64,000 nucleotides of DNA from Thermodesulfobacteriota bacterium (GCA_963422265.1 OY729416.1:800001-864000), one strand, 5' to 3'. Shown: positions 10,285 through 21,302, counted from the stretch's first letter. Program-made: numbers and translations. The notes: a model not told the origin generated them from the letters alone.

Positions 10285-11661
10285 TTAATCCTTTCTTCTT
10301 GGCTTTGCTCTCCAGTTCTCTATTATCTTTTGCCTCGCCCTTCCTATTGCCAATCCACCTTCAGGCACGTCTTTGGTAATAGTAGAGCCAGCTCCAGTCG
10401 TAGCACCCCTACCAAGCCTTATGGGAGCTACTAGCATAGTATCGCTACCGATAAAAGCGCCGTCTCCTATTATCGTTTCATATTTGTCATAGCCGTCATA
10501 ATTACACGTAATCGTTCCAGCGCCTACGTTGACATTCTTTCCGAGCTTGGCATCGCCAACGTATGATAAATGAGGCACCTTTGAGCCTGCCCCCACACTT
10601 GACTTTTTTATTTCAACAAAATTGCCAATTTTAGCTCCATCCATAATACGAGCCTGAGGCCTGACGTGTGTGAATGGACCTATAGTAACGTCCTTCTTAA
10701 TAACCGACTGGGTTATATAACACGAGGACTTGACGACCGCCCCATCCCCCAGCTTAGAGTCCTCAATCCAAACAGATGGCCCAATTGTAGAACCTTTACC
10801 TATCCTACTATCTCCATATATATACGTGTGTGGATAGATAGTAGTATCAGCTCCAATATTCACACCCGGAGAAATGTAAGTGCTAGAAGGATCAACCATT
10901 GTTACTCCCGAGCGCATAAGCGCATCGTTTGTCCTTTTTTTTAGGATCGCCTCTATAACGGAAAGCTGTATTCTGTCGTTCACGCCAAGCATTTCATCGC
11001 TGTCTGACGCAAGAATCCCTGAAACCTTGCGCCCGTTATTAGAGGCAATTTCTATAATATCAGTCAAATAATATTCCTTTTGCTTATTTCGGGAACTAAT
11101 GCCAGAAAGGGCATCCCAAAGGAAACTACTCTTAGCGCAATATGCTCCGGAGTTTATTTCCGTTATTTTTCTCTCCTCAGACGTGGCGTCTCTCTCCTCA
11201 ACAATTCTCTCCACGTCTCCTAGTCCGTCTCTAACGACCCTACCGTAACCTGTGGGATTCTCTACGACGGAAGTTAAAACCGAAACGCCGGATCCACTCT
11301 TTTCATGTTCACTAATAAACTTCTTAATAGATTTGGAGGTGATCAGCGGATAATCGCCGTTAAGTATCAACACATTACCAATGAACCCGCTAAGAATGCC
11401 AGACGCGCAATTCGCCGCGTGCCCAGTGCCAAGCTGCCTCTCCTGCTCGACGTATGAAATTCCCTCTAATCCTATTATCTTCTTGACATCCTCTGCCCCG
11501 TGACCAACTACAACAACTACACTATCTGAGGATATTTTTCTAACTGCATCCAATACATAGGCAATCATAGGGCGGCCAAGAACGGAATGTAGCACCTTTG
11601 GGACTTTTGACTTCATCCTCTTGCCTAATCCAGCAGCAAGGATAACGACAGCCAGTTTCAT
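10285..11661 (-). CDS. glmU: Bifunctional UDP-GlcNAc pyrophosphorylase/GlcN-1-P acetyltransferase
   Basis: LAAGLGKRMKS, QLGTGHA, GNFVEIK, HLSYVGDA, hexapeptide repeats. Confidence 0.97.
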   Translation of the reverse strand: MKLAVVILAAGLGKRMKSKVPKVLHSVLGRPMIAYVLDAVRKISSDSVVVVVGHGAEDVKKIIGLEGISYVEQERQLGTGHAANCASGILSGFIGNVLILNGDYPLITSKSIKKFISEHEKSGSGVSVLTSVVENPTGYGRVVRDGLGDVERIVEERDATSEERKITEINSGAYCAKSSFLWDALSGISSRNKQKEYYLTDIIEIASNNGRKVSGILASDSDEMLGVNDRIQLSVIEAILKKRTNDALMRSGVTMVDPSSTYISPGVNIGADTTIYPHTYIYGDSRIGKGSTIGPSVWIEDSKLGDGAVVKSSCYITQSVIKKDVTIGPFTHVRPQARIMDGAKIGNFVEIKKSSVGAGSKVPHLSYVGDAKLGKNVNVGAGTITCNYDGYDKYETIIGDGAFIGSDTMLVAPIRLGRGATTGAGSTITKDVPEGGLAIGRARQKIIENWRAKPRRKD

Positions 11662-11665
11662 AATG

Positions 11666-12031
11666 CTACGGGAGCCTCCCGTACTTGTCTTCTAACCTTA
11701 CCACATCTTCTAACTCAGGAGTGGAAACTTCAATTACCTCGCACTCCTCAACTGCGTTCAGACGATGTTTCGTAAAGGGCTCTATTCTAATCGAGTGTCC
11801 AGAAGTCATAGTTGCCCTTTCCACTTTACCTTGGGGTTTTTGGATTTCTATAATCATCTCACCACTGTAAAGATATATAGTCTCATCCTTAAACTTATGA
11901 TACTGATAACTCAGACTCTCGCCTTTATTGATATGGAGAATCTTAGAAGCATAATTATCCGTAAGAGCCCACCACAACTCATATCCCCATGGCTTATCCA
12001 CCCTCTTAACATCATCACACTTATTTATCAT
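11666..12031 (-). CDS. Cupin, mannose-6-phosphate isomerase-like
   Basis: KPWGYE, LSYQYH..KDET, EVSTPELEDVVRLEDKYGR. Confidence 0.85.
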   Translation of the reverse strand: MINKCDDVKRVDKPWGYELWWALTDNYASKILHINKGESLSYQYHKFKDETIYLYSGEMIIEIQKPQGKVERATMTSGHSIRIEPFTKHRLNAVEECEVIEVSTPELEDVVRLEDKYGRLP

Positions 12032-12171
12032 ACTGATACTGTCCCCAATTTCATCAGCACGCCGAGGAACGCAGTAGGAACAAAACGGGAGCTAGCAAAT
12101 ACCAAACCGGTAGGTGAGATGGTTAATTAAACTTTCCGAAATCTCCCGCACCGTCAAGCTGAATTTATAAA

Positions 12172-12588
12172 TCAAAACGGGATATCGTCATCCGTAGTAT
12201 TGAATGAATGCTCAAGACCCTCAGATACCGTAGCATCATCTGGAGAAGATTGGGCCGTTCTCCTACCTAACATCTGCATATCTCTAGCCACGATTTCCGT
12301 CGTATATCGCGTTTTCCCCTCTTTATCTTCCCAAGAACGCGTCCTGATGGAGCCTTCTATATATACTGAACTCCCTTTGGTTAAATACTCATTACAAATC
12401 TCCGCTAGTCTGCCCCATGCAACTATACGGTGCCACTCCGTTACTTCTTGTCTCTCACCATTTTTATCCGTGTAAACATTCGTAGTAGCTATTGAAAAAT
12501 TGGCGACCGCCCCGCCGCTTGTAGTAAACCTAATCTCAGGATCACGCCCAAGGTTGCCTATCAATATAGCTTTATTTATTCCTCTCAT
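12172..12588 (-). CDS. ssb: Single-stranded DNA-binding protein
   Basis: [22 protein letters not shown]-terminal DDDIPF. Confidence 0.97.
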   Translation of the reverse strand: MRGINKAILIGNLGRDPEIRFTTSGGAVANFSIATTNVYTDKNGERQEVTEWHRIVAWGRLAEICNEYLTKGSSVYIEGSIRTRSWEDKEGKTRYTTEIVARDMQMLGRRTAQSSPDDATVSEGLEHSFNTTDDDIPF

Positions 12589-12653
12589 AACGACTACCTC
12601 TCATAAAGAGTCAAAGGTAGATTATATCACTTAACAGTCCTAAAATCCAGAAA

Positions 12654-13259
12654 TCACAAAACCCCAGCCGAAAGTGATAGAAAGTTCCTCACAATCCTGC
12701 CTGTCATACCCCAAATTATATACTGCTTGTAATTGTAAACGTAATCCTCAATCTTTTTTCCCTCTCTTACACGCATCCTAATTCTGCAATTTTTACTGCC
12801 TATTAGAGAGCTTACAGGAATCCAAACGGCAACTTCTACTTCATCCCTACTAGGCTTTAAGATTATACCCTCTTCAAGTATTGAAATGTAGGGAGTAACT
12901 ATATAGTGATTTGCTCTGGGAGTATTGGGATTAATGTCATCCAGAATTCCTATGAAACGCCCGTTCTTATTCAAATCGATCCCAATCTCTTCATAGGTTT
13001 CTCTCATTGCCGTTGCAAGTTTGGTATCGTCACTACACTTAACTTTGCCACCCGGAAAAGCCATGTGTCCAGAAAAAGTGTCCTGGGCATTCTCAGGTCT
13101 CTTTATAAATAGTAAAGAAAAACCCTCTTTGGTCTCTTTTAGAATTATCATAACGGCAGCTTCTATAGAATTCCTCTTACTCGCAATCTTTGTTGGAGTC
13201 CTGCAGCTTAGAAGATGCTCTAATTCTTCAACTGGTTGGCTAGACAATCTAATTTTCAC
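12654..13259 (-). CDS. Nudix hydrolase, CoA pyrophosphatase (NudL/Pcd1-like)
   Basis: SGHMAFPGGK...AMRETYEEIG Nudix box, IWGMTG motif. Confidence 0.88.
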   Translation of the reverse strand: MKIRLSSQPVEELEHLLSCRTPTKIASKRNSIEAAVMIILKETKEGFSLLFIKRPENAQDTFSGHMAFPGGKVKCSDDTKLATAMRETYEEIGIDLNKNGRFIGILDDINPNTPRANHYIVTPYISILEEGIILKPSRDEVEVAVWIPVSSLIGSKNCRIRMRVREGKKIEDYVYNYKQYIIWGMTGRIVRNFLSLSAGVL

Positions 13260-13337
13260 CTAAAGTAATATATACGTATTTCAGCAATGCGCAGCACGTT
13301 AACCATTTACAGAAGGAGCTAGGAAGATACCGTGTAT

Positions 13338-15350
13338 TTAATAAGCGGAAGCCTCGATATTACCCCAATCATCAACCGCGCATTTATAGTCAGGTGGGAC
13401 AAATATCGTAGATGTATTTTCCAGTATAAGAGAGGGTCCCGTGAACGCAAACCCACAATAAAACTCTTCTCGCTTATACGTAGCCACGCTGATTTGCCTA
13501 CCCTCAAAAATGATTTTTTTCTTTTGAGGATATATATCTATCTTTTCGTTAGTGAGTTTAGGTAATTTGATCTTTCTCTTCTTAGCTACTGCCCTCACTC
13601 TTATGGTAACAACTTCAACGCCGTCACCAGTTTTCATATATCCAAACGCCTTTTTATGGGCACGGTGAAAAACTCCTATAAAATTCTTGGTATAGGGAAT
13701 AGTCAGCTCGTGAGCCTGTCTTTTGTAGCGTGCGTCTAGGAAGCGCTTAAAACTAATTTGCTCGTGGTAAGAACTTGTCCTTACCCCTGATTGAAAATCG
13801 GCGAGCGCTTTACGCTCCAAGTCTATAAACCGTCCCTCCAATGCCTCTGCTGTCGCCAAAGCCCCCGCAAGAAATACTGTAACGCTATAGTCCTTAAAAG
13901 AATCCGCCATGAGCATTCCAAGAGCGGAAAGCACGCCTGGGCTTCTGGGGAAAACTACTTTCTTCGTTTCTATATTTCGAGCAAGCTCGCAGGCGTGAAG
14001 CCCACCTGCACCACCAAACGACACCATCGCAAAGTCCCTTGGATCATAGCCCCTCTCTATAGATACGCTCCTTAGAGCTCTTTCCATATTGGCGTTAGCA
14101 ACCCTAATAACGCCTTCTGCAAGATCAAGCAAAACTTGTCCCAGACCTCCTTTATTAAGAGGGAGTTTCATCTCTCTTGCGAGCTTCTCAAGGGCGATTT
14201 CAGATCTTTGCTTGGATATTTTCATACGCCCGCCAAGGAACCACTCAGTATCTATTCTACCAAGCGCCACATGCGCGTCGGTTACGGTGAGCTCATCGCC
14301 TTTCCCATAGCACACGGGACCGGGATCGGCTCCCGCACTCTTTGGTCCCAGCTTGAGCGCCCCTCCTACGTCGCAGTGCGCAATCGAGCCTCCTCCAGCT
14401 CCAATGGTAGTAACGTCAATCATGGGAACACTGATCGGAATACCATCAATCTCTGTCTCTGTAGTAAAATCAATCCCTCCATTGCAAAGAGAGACGTCCG
14501 TTGAAGTTCCCCCCATATCATAAGTTATAATTCGTTCATACCCCATGGAAGCAGCTATATTAAAACTGCCTACCACACCCCCCGCCGGTCCTGAAAGTAG
14601 AATCCTTACAGGTTCATCACCTGCCTTCTCGGGAGAAATAATTCCCCCATTTGACTGCATAACGGACAAGTCGCAAGAAGAGTCGCTTATACTTGATATC
14701 TCTGATGAAAGTGAATCCATATATAGCTTGACCTTAGGAAGCAGATAAGAATTTGCGACTACGGTAGAAGTCCTTTCGTATTCTCTGAACTCAGGAAGTA
14801 TTTGTGAAGAAGCCGAAATTGGAACTCCGAGGGGGTTTAGGTGCTCAGCTACTATCTTTTCATTCGTAGGATTCGCATACGAGTGAAGAAAAGATATTGC
14901 TACCCCTTCAACATTCAGTCTTTTCAGCTTAGAAAATAATTCTTCAAGCTGATCTTTACTTACTCTACTTAAGACTTTTCCCTGGTAAGTAGTCCTTTCG
15001 GTAATTCCAAACCTAAGCTCTTTCTCGACGAGAGGCTGATGAGCCTGCCAGAAAACATCATATAGGGAGTCTCTATTCTGCCTTCCGATCTCTATAACGT
15101 CTTGAAAACCATCGGTTGTCACAAGGGCTATTACCGCTCCCTTCCTTTCGAGCAAAGAGTTTGTGGCAACCGTCGTGCCGTGAACGACATCAAAATTTGA
15201 TAGCCTATTTCCGATAATATCAATCAGACCCGACATTATAGCTTCTGAGGGGTCAGAGGGCGTAGAAGAAACTTTATGGGTAAAAAGATTCTTTCCATCA
15301 AAAAAAACAAAATCAGTAAACGTACCGCCTGTGTCAATACCAACTCGCAT
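13338..15350 (-). CDS. Hydantoinase/oxoprolinase family protein, A subunit
   Basis: GIDTGGTFTD, HGTTVATN, SGPAGG, DMGGTSTDV, GAGGGSIA, SAGADPGP. Confidence 0.93.
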   Translation of the reverse strand: MRVGIDTGGTFTDFVFFDGKNLFTHKVSSTPSDPSEAIMSGLIDIIGNRLSNFDVVHGTTVATNSLLERKGAVIALVTTDGFQDVIEIGRQNRDSLYDVFWQAHQPLVEKELRFGITERTTYQGKVLSRVSKDQLEELFSKLKRLNVEGVAISFLHSYANPTNEKIVAEHLNPLGVPISASSQILPEFREYERTSTVVANSYLLPKVKLYMDSLSSEISSISDSSCDLSVMQSNGGIISPEKAGDEPVRILLSGPAGGVVGSFNIAASMGYERIITYDMGGTSTDVSLCNGGIDFTTETEIDGIPISVPMIDVTTIGAGGGSIAHCDVGGALKLGPKSAGADPGPVCYGKGDELTVTDAHVALGRIDTEWFLGGRMKISKQRSEIALEKLAREMKLPLNKGGLGQVLLDLAEGVIRVANANMERALRSVSIERGYDPRDFAMVSFGGAGGLHACELARNIETKKVVFPRSPGVLSALGMLMADSFKDYSVTVFLAGALATAEALEGRFIDLERKALADFQSGVRTSSYHEQISFKRFLDARYKRQAHELTIPYTKNFIGVFHRAHKKAFGYMKTGDGVEVVTIRVRAVAKKRKIKLPKLTNEKIDIYPQKKKIIFEGRQISVATYKREEFYCGFAFTGPSLILENTSTIFVPPDYKCAVDDWGNIEASAY

Positions 15351-15394
15351 CCTTTGATGAAGTCCACACCACTAGTTAAAGTAAAAGGATAATA

Positions 15395-15604
15395 CTAATA
15401 CTCATCTTGACCAACAGGGTAAACCACTTTAACTTTGTCTTCCGCTATCTCCCTTAAAGCAGTAACAACGTCCTTATTATCGGTCTCTTCAGAAAGCGGC
15501 GGAGCTCCCTTCACAAGCAGCCTAGCCCTTTTCATCGCAGCCACTGACAGAGCAAACCTGTTCACTACCTTTTCAAGACAATCTTCTATAGTTACTCTTG
15601 CCAT
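15395..15604 (-). CDS. rpoZ: RNA polymerase omega subunit
   Basis: [13 protein letters not shown]...ALREIA. Confidence 0.95.
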   Translation of the reverse strand: MARVTIEDCLEKVVNRFALSVAAMKRARLLVKGAPPLSEETDNKDVVTALREIAEDKVKVVYPVGQDEY

Positions 15605-15723
15605 CTAAAAAAACCCCCTTACTGTTAAATTTTCTTGTAAATATAAAGTCTAAAGTCAATAAGTAAATAGAGCTCTCGGAATCTAGTCCGTATCAAGTTA
15701 ACATTAACTGCATGGAGGTTAAA

Positions 15724-16401
15724 ATGCGTTTAGATGAAATAAGATATGATGAGAAGGGGTTAGTCCCTGTTATTGTTCAGGACTCTCAGAACGGGCAGGT
15801 TCTTATGCTTGCCTATGCGAACAAAGACACTATCCAAAAAACGCTTGAAACGGGAAAAACCCATTTCTGGAGTCGCTCAAGAGAAAAGCTCTGGATGAAG
15901 GGTGAAGAATCAGGCAATACGCAGCAGGTAAAAGACATTTTTATAGATTGCGATGGTGATACCCTCTTAGTACTCGTAGATCAAAAAGGGGTAGCCTGCC
16001 ACACGGGAAATAGCACCTGTTTCCATAATCCTATTAACGAGCAGAATGGCACCCCATCTTTTGTTTCTCCTAAATCTGCTAAGACCCTTGACGAAGTTTA
16101 CAGCGTAATAGAAGACAGGAAGCGCAACCCGAGAAAAGACTCTTACGTGAGTGGACTATATGAAAAGGGGATTGATAAAATACTAAAGAAAATAGCGGAA
16201 GAGGCGGGCGAGACTATTATAGGTGCCAAGAATGAGGATAAAGAAGAGGTGGTGTATGAAACTGCGGACCTCTGGTTTCACTCGCTGGTTGTCCTTTCCT
16301 ATTTCGGAATTACCCCAAGTGATATATACGAAGAGCTTGGGAAAAGATTTGGAAAATCCAAAAAAGATTACAGGCGACAGGAGATTAGCAAACACAATTA
16401 A
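15724..16401 (+). CDS. hisIE: Bifunctional phosphoribosyl-AMP cyclohydrolase/phosphoribosyl-ATP pyrophosphatase
   Basis: [44 protein letters not shown] 15724 follows GGAGG. Confidence 0.96.
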   Translation: MRLDEIRYDEKGLVPVIVQDSQNGQVLMLAYANKDTIQKTLETGKTHFWSRSREKLWMKGEESGNTQQVKDIFIDCDGDTLLVLVDQKGVACHTGNSTCFHNPINEQNGTPSFVSPKSAKTLDEVYSVIEDRKRNPRKDSYVSGLYEKGIDKILKKIAEEAGETIIGAKNEDKEEVVYETADLWFHSLVVLSYFGITPSDIYEELGKRFGKSKKDYRRQEISKHN

Positions 16402-16460
16402 GAACTAAGGTAAGGGCTGAGGGGTCGTTCCCGTTCCACAGGTTGACAAGGATTTTATCC

Positions 16461-16946
16461 TCACCTGTTTCTCTTAGGTCTATCTTTCTCTTCAATATAA
16501 TCGCCTATAAACGTTTTCTGTCTTACGGAAGGGGGAAGATTTGAAAGATCGGGCTTTGGCATATCGGTTGAAAGGTCGGCGGTAAAGGCAAAACCTGAAA
16601 AGACCTTCTCTAGTTTCTTTGATCCGCAGAAAAGACATTTCAGCTTTTTCTCGTCTCCATCTTCATAGATAAGCTCCGAGAATCGATAATTTTTTTGTAG
16701 ATTAAACAATACAAGAACAGCCCCTTCATTCACGTAGAAATCTAAGTCCACCCCCCTTCCATCTCTCTTTCCATGTTCAGCCACTATCTTTTCTTTCTCG
16801 AGATCAAGCACGCCTATATGGTTTATATTGCTACACTTCTTTACAATATCAGATACTTTCTTCTTAGTCGCACCCTCCTCAATCTCTCTTAGAGAACCCT
16901 CGATTTCCTTTCTACATTTTACGCACTCAAACTCATAAAGCGGCAT
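16461..16946 (-). CDS. FmdB-like zinc-ribbon protein with a large internal insertion (copy 2)
   Basis: MPLYEFECVKC...76 aa...RFSELI...CLFCGS..LEKVFS; GGAGG SD. Confidence 0.75.
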   Translation of the reverse strand: MPLYEFECVKCRKEIEGSLREIEEGATKKKVSDIVKKCSNINHIGVLDLEKEKIVAEHGKRDGRGVDLDFYVNEGAVLVLFNLQKNYRFSELIYEDGDEKKLKCLFCGSKKLEKVFSGFAFTADLSTDMPKPDLSNLPPSVRQKTFIGDYIEEKDRPKRNR

Positions 16947-16970
16947 TTAAGCATCCTCCTCATTATAAAA

Positions 16971-17474
16971 TTAGCGATTGAAGTATTGGTTTAAGTGATC
17001 CTGACCTACCCAATCATTCCTTATTTCTTCATCTTTCTGTTGTTTATATTCCAGATGCCATCTGAGCTCATCCTGGGGTCCGGGCGCCCGCTTGCTCTTA
17101 TCGTCAAATATCGCCTTAAACGTAGAGAAAATTCTTCTCACGTTTTTATCCCCACAAATGGGGCATTCTAAATCCTCTTCATCACCCTTGTCGTAGATAA
17201 GTGAGCTAAACTTAAAGTTCTTTAGCTCAAGGTAAAGCATCTTATTTTTATCGAGCTTATATCTAAACCTTCTTACGTTGCGTTCCGTGACCTTCTCGCC
17301 AAGAGCAAACAGCAGCTTGCCATTATTACCATTTGTTACTTCTATGTAAAGAAAACCCTCATTAGCTTTTCTGATTCTAGAAGCGTTAGTTTTGTTAAGC
17401 CTAGCCGTAAGGGCATCTATATCTTTATTGTATCGGTCTATACACACGTCGCACTCATACTCGAACAAAGGCAT
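16971..17474 (-). CDS. FmdB-like zinc-ribbon protein with a large internal insertion (copy 1)
   Basis: MPLFEYECDVC...76 aa...KFSSLI...CPICGD..VRRIFS; AGGAG SD. Confidence 0.75.
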   Translation of the reverse strand: MPLFEYECDVCIDRYNKDIDALTARLNKTNASRIRKANEGFLYIEVTNGNNGKLLFALGEKVTERNVRRFRYKLDKNKMLYLELKNFKFSSLIYDKGDEEDLECPICGDKNVRRIFSTFKAIFDDKSKRAPGPQDELRWHLEYKQQKDEEIRNDWVGQDHLNQYFNR

Positions 17475-17588
17475 ATTTCACTCTCCTAATTTTTATAGCT
17501 TACTAATAATAACTAAGTTTTTAGAATTGCTCTAGTTATGGATTAAGCTATTGTATTGTAAGGTTGAAAAAACAGTGGAGGGTTAAAG

Positions 17589-18380
17589 TTGTCCAAAGGC
17601 AATAAACTCATTTTAGAAGAAGTAGGTTCCATATGCACGCTTACGCTCAACAGACCTGATAAAAGGAATCTCTTGACTAAAGAGATGCTTACAGAATTGA
17701 AAATCATTCTGAGCAAACTGAAAGACGAAAACAGGATAAGGTGCATAGTTATAAGGGGGTCTGGGGAAAAGGCATTTTCATCGGGATACGATGTAACCGC
17801 AATAGGCGAAAATGATATGATAAGGCACCATGAAGGTAATCACCCGTTAGGAAAGGCTCTAGAAGCAATAGAAAACTTTCCCTACCCCGTAATTGCCATG
17901 ATGAATGGACATGCCTTCGGGGCGGGACTCGAGATAGCGGTAACGTGTGATATTAGAATAGCGGCGGAGGGATACCTTCTCGGAATGCCACCATCAAAGC
18001 TCGGCGTTGTTTACTCCTACAGCGGAATGAAGAAGTTCTTAGACTTGATTGGACCCGGGAACACAAAAGAGCTTTTTCTAATCGGAAAACCGATCAGTTC
18101 GAAAAGGGCTTATGAGATAGGACTAGTGAACCGCTTACTGCCACAAGCCCAAATAGAGGAGTTTGCCTACAGGACTGCAAATGAAATATCGGAGAATGCC
18201 CCTTTATCACTTAAAACGCTAAAAGAAATCGCGTGCTTATGGCAAAAAAACCAGACGCTAAATCCTGAAAACAAAGAGCTTATAAGGCAGATGACCCTAG
18301 AGGTTCAGAGCAGCGATGATTATAAGGAAGGACAGAAGGCTTTTTCAGAGAAGAGAAAACCTAAGTTTAAGGGAAAGTGA
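17589..18380 (+). CDS. Enoyl-CoA hydratase/isomerase (crotonase) family protein
   Basis: LNRPDKRN, AFSSGYD, GHAFGAGLEIAVTCDIR, EGQKAFSEKRKPKF. Confidence 0.92.
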   Translation: MSKGNKLILEEVGSICTLTLNRPDKRNLLTKEMLTELKIILSKLKDENRIRCIVIRGSGEKAFSSGYDVTAIGENDMIRHHEGNHPLGKALEAIENFPYPVIAMMNGHAFGAGLEIAVTCDIRIAAEGYLLGMPPSKLGVVYSYSGMKKFLDLIGPGNTKELFLIGKPISSKRAYEIGLVNRLLPQAQIEEFAYRTANEISENAPLSLKTLKEIACLWQKNQTLNPENKELIRQMTLEVQSSDDYKEGQKAFSEKRKPKFKGK

Positions 18381-18408
18381 AAAAGGTCATATATAGACAG
18401 TTAGAGAC

Positions 18409-19320
18409 TTAACTCCCATAACCAAATTCTTTAATCAGATTTTCTCTCTCAGACCACCTCTCAGTTACCTTTACCCATAATTCAAGAAAAACCTTTGTGC
18501 CGAGCATCCTTTCAATATCAACCCTGGCCAGGGTGCCAATCTCTTTCAGCATCTCACCCCCCTTGCCAATAATGATTCCTCTGTGATTCTTCCTGTCCAC
18601 GCGCACAACCGCCAATATCCTTATCAAACCCCTCTGAGGAATCTCGTTAAACTCTTCAATTGTTACCGCTGTCTTATAAGGTATTTCCTTATATGTAAGA
18701 TTGAAAATCTTCTCTCTTATAAACTCGGATGCCAGAAATCTCTCGGGCTGGTCCGTGATCATATTATCAGGGAAAAACTTATGACCCTCCGGTAGATACT
18801 TCACTATCGTATCTATAAGACCTTGCGTGCCATCGGCGTTAATCGCGGAGATAGGAACTACCTCGCTGAACCTACCCTCAAATTGTCTAGAGGTTTCAAT
18901 AATGCTTAAAATCTCGTCCTTTCTTATCTTATCAATTTTATTGATTACCAATATAGCAGGCTTAGAAAGGCTTTGTATAACAAACCTATCCCTCTTGCCA
19001 AATGGGGCATCAGCTTCAACTACTACCAAAGTAACGTCCCCACCCTCAAGCACCCCCATAGCAGTATTAACCATCGCCTTGCCGAGCTTGCCTTTTGCCC
19101 TGTTTATACCGGGAGTATCTAAGAATATAAGCTGTGCGTGATTGAGGTTTTTAATCCCTAGTATTCTGTTCCTCGTCGTATTAGGCTTTTCAGAAACCGC
19201 CGCTACTTTTTTGCCTACGAAGGTGTTTATCAACGTGGACTTGCCAACGTTAGGCCTTCCTACTATAGAAATGAAACCTGAAAAAAAACTATCAATGCCC
19301 ATTTTAACGACCATTCCCAA
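18409..19320 (-). CDS. era: GTPase Era
   Basis: GRPNVGKST, TTR, DTPG, NKID, KH-domain IIIGKGG; exact start uncertain. Confidence 0.96.
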   Translation of the reverse strand: MGMVVKMGIDSFFSGFISIVGRPNVGKSTLINTFVGKKVAAVSEKPNTTRNRILGIKNLNHAQLIFLDTPGINRAKGKLGKAMVNTAMGVLEGGDVTLVVVEADAPFGKRDRFVIQSLSKPAILVINKIDKIRKDEILSIIETSRQFEGRFSEVVPISAINADGTQGLIDTIVKYLPEGHKFFPDNMITDQPERFLASEFIREKIFNLTYKEIPYKTAVTIEEFNEIPQRGLIRILAVVRVDRKNHRGIIIGKGGEMLKEIGTLARVDIERMLGTKVFLELWVKVTERWSERENLIKEFGYGS

Positions 19321-19370
19321 CTAATTGCTTGCGAAGACAATTGGTTAATAATACTCGTTTAATGACTTCC

Positions 19371-19399
19371 TTGCGAAATTGAACATACAAGGTTACAAT
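19371..19399 (+). promoter_or_regulatory. Putative sigma70 promoter of aspS
   Basis: TTGCGA-17 nt-TACAAT, 40 nt upstream of the ATG. Confidence 0.55.
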
Positions 19400-19438
19400 C
19401 TCCGCCTTTGCGAAAGGAATTAAGAAGGGGTTTTCTTA

Positions 19439-21235
19439 ATGCTTGAACCAATAGAAGATTGGGAAAGATCGGACTACTGCGGCTGCCTCAGAATCAAAGA
19501 CCTTGATCGTGAAGTGACGCTTATGGGCTGGATTCAGTCTCATAGAGATCACGGGGGAGTTATATTCGTAGATTTAAGAGACAGAGAAGGCATTGTACAA
19601 GTAGTTTTTAACCCTGAAATAAGCGAAGAGAGTCATAAAAAAGGAGAATCCGTTCGCGACGAATGGGTAATCGCCGTAAGAGGAAAGGTCTCAGAACGCT
19701 CCGCCGATACCAGAAACCCTAACTTGCTTACAGGTGAAATAGAAGTAATAGCAACTGAAGTAAAAATACTAAACACTTCAAAAGTAATTCCCTTCCAGAT
19801 TGAGAACGAGATAAACGTTGATGAACACCTGCGAATGAAGCACAGGTATCTGGACCTCAGAAGACCCATCATGAGGGATAATATAATATCCAGACATAAT
19901 ATGGTTGCAGCAGCTAGAAACTACCTGAATTTAGAAGGCTTCATTGAAATAGAAACCCCATATCTCACACGTTCTACACCAGAGGGGGCGAGAGACTTTC
20001 TCGTACCAAGCAGGCTTAATGAAGGAGCTTTCTATGCACTTCCCCAGTCGCCCCAATTGCTTAAGCAAACGCTCATGGTCGCGGGGTTTGACCGATACTA
20101 TCAGATAGTTCGATGTTTCCGCGATGAGGACCTAAGGGCGGACAGACAGCCCGAATTCACGCAGATTGATCTTGAAATATCGTTTGTCAAAGAGAACGAC
20201 GTTATGAATGTAGTCGAAGGCATGCTAAAGGCAATCTTCAAAGAGACGAAGGGACTTGAGATAGAGACCCCTTTTAAGAAAATGGGTTATGAAGAGTCTA
20301 TACTCAAATACGGAACGGATAGACCCGATACGAGGTTCGGTCTTGAGCTGCAGGATATATCAGACATATTTGAAAACTCGGACTTTAAGGTATTTAGGGG
20401 AGCCTTAGACAAGGGAGGAATCATAAAAGCCCTTAATATAAAAGGAAAGGCTGGAGAGCTTTCGAGAAAGGAAATTGATGCTCTAACGGAACAAGCAAAA
20501 ACACTAGGAGCCAAAGGACTTGCATGGATCAAGATCTCAGGGGGTGAATGGCAGTCTCCCATTATTAAATTCTTTAGTAAGCAGGAGAAAGAACGCCTCG
20601 AAAAAAGGCTTAGGATGGAAGACGGCGACGTCGTATTTTTCGGGGCAGATTCCGCCCACGTAGTAAATCTAGTGCTTTCACAACTGAGGCTTGTCCTCGG
20701 GGAAAGATTGGGAATGATAGACCAGAGCATATTTAACTTCCTATGGATTGAGGATTTCCCCTTGTTTGACTATGACCAGAATGAAAAGCGCTACGTGTCA
20801 AAGCACCATCCGTTTACATCGCCTAGAGAGGAAGACATTAAGATTCTAGATAATGACCCGGCAAAAGTAATATCTAAGGCATACGATATAGTGCTTAACG
20901 GGGTTGAAATTGGAGGGGGCAGCCTAAGGATATACCGTAAAGACATTCAAGAAAAAATATTCAAGGCTATAGGACTAAAGGAAGAGGACGCAGAAGAAAA
21001 ATTCGGCTTTCTTCTGGAGGCTCTGGATTTTGGAGCGCCCCCGCACGGTGGAATCGCCCTGGGGCTAGACAGGATCGTCATGCTTTTGAGTGGCTCTCAA
21101 TCAATACGAGACGTTATCGCATTTCCAAAAACGCAGAAAGGAAGCGATCCTTTAACGGAAGCACCCTCTGAAGTTGATATCAGGCAATTACTAGAGTTGG
21201 GGATAAGAGCTGATATTAAAAGCAAACCTGAATGA
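19439..21235 (+). CDS. aspS: Aspartate-tRNA ligase
   Basis: [51 protein letters not shown]. Confidence 0.98.
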   Translation: MLEPIEDWERSDYCGCLRIKDLDREVTLMGWIQSHRDHGGVIFVDLRDREGIVQVVFNPEISEESHKKGESVRDEWVIAVRGKVSERSADTRNPNLLTGEIEVIATEVKILNTSKVIPFQIENEINVDEHLRMKHRYLDLRRPIMRDNIISRHNMVAAARNYLNLEGFIEIETPYLTRSTPEGARDFLVPSRLNEGAFYALPQSPQLLKQTLMVAGFDRYYQIVRCFRDEDLRADRQPEFTQIDLEISFVKENDVMNVVEGMLKAIFKETKGLEIETPFKKMGYEESILKYGTDRPDTRFGLELQDISDIFENSDFKVFRGALDKGGIIKALNIKGKAGELSRKEIDALTEQAKTLGAKGLAWIKISGGEWQSPIIKFFSKQEKERLEKRLRMEDGDVVFFGADSAHVVNLVLSQLRLVLGERLGMIDQSIFNFLWIEDFPLFDYDQNEKRYVSKHHPFTSPREEDIKILDNDPAKVISKAYDIVLNGVEIGGGSLRIYRKDIQEKIFKAIGLKEEDAEEKFGFLLEALDFGAPPHGGIALGLDRIVMLLSGSQSIRDVIAFPKTQKGSDPLTEAPSEVDIRQLLELGIRADIKSKPE

Positions 21236-21302
21236 TAAATATATACTAAAGCTCTAGTGGATAGACAAGCAGATTCGCAGATTGCATATTAACTCCTTAA
21301 CA

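Noticed and set aside
12035-12165. Possible structured RNA between ssb and the cupin gene
   Set aside because: No convincing stems or known riboswitch/ncRNA motif recognised; likely promoter plus 5' UTR.
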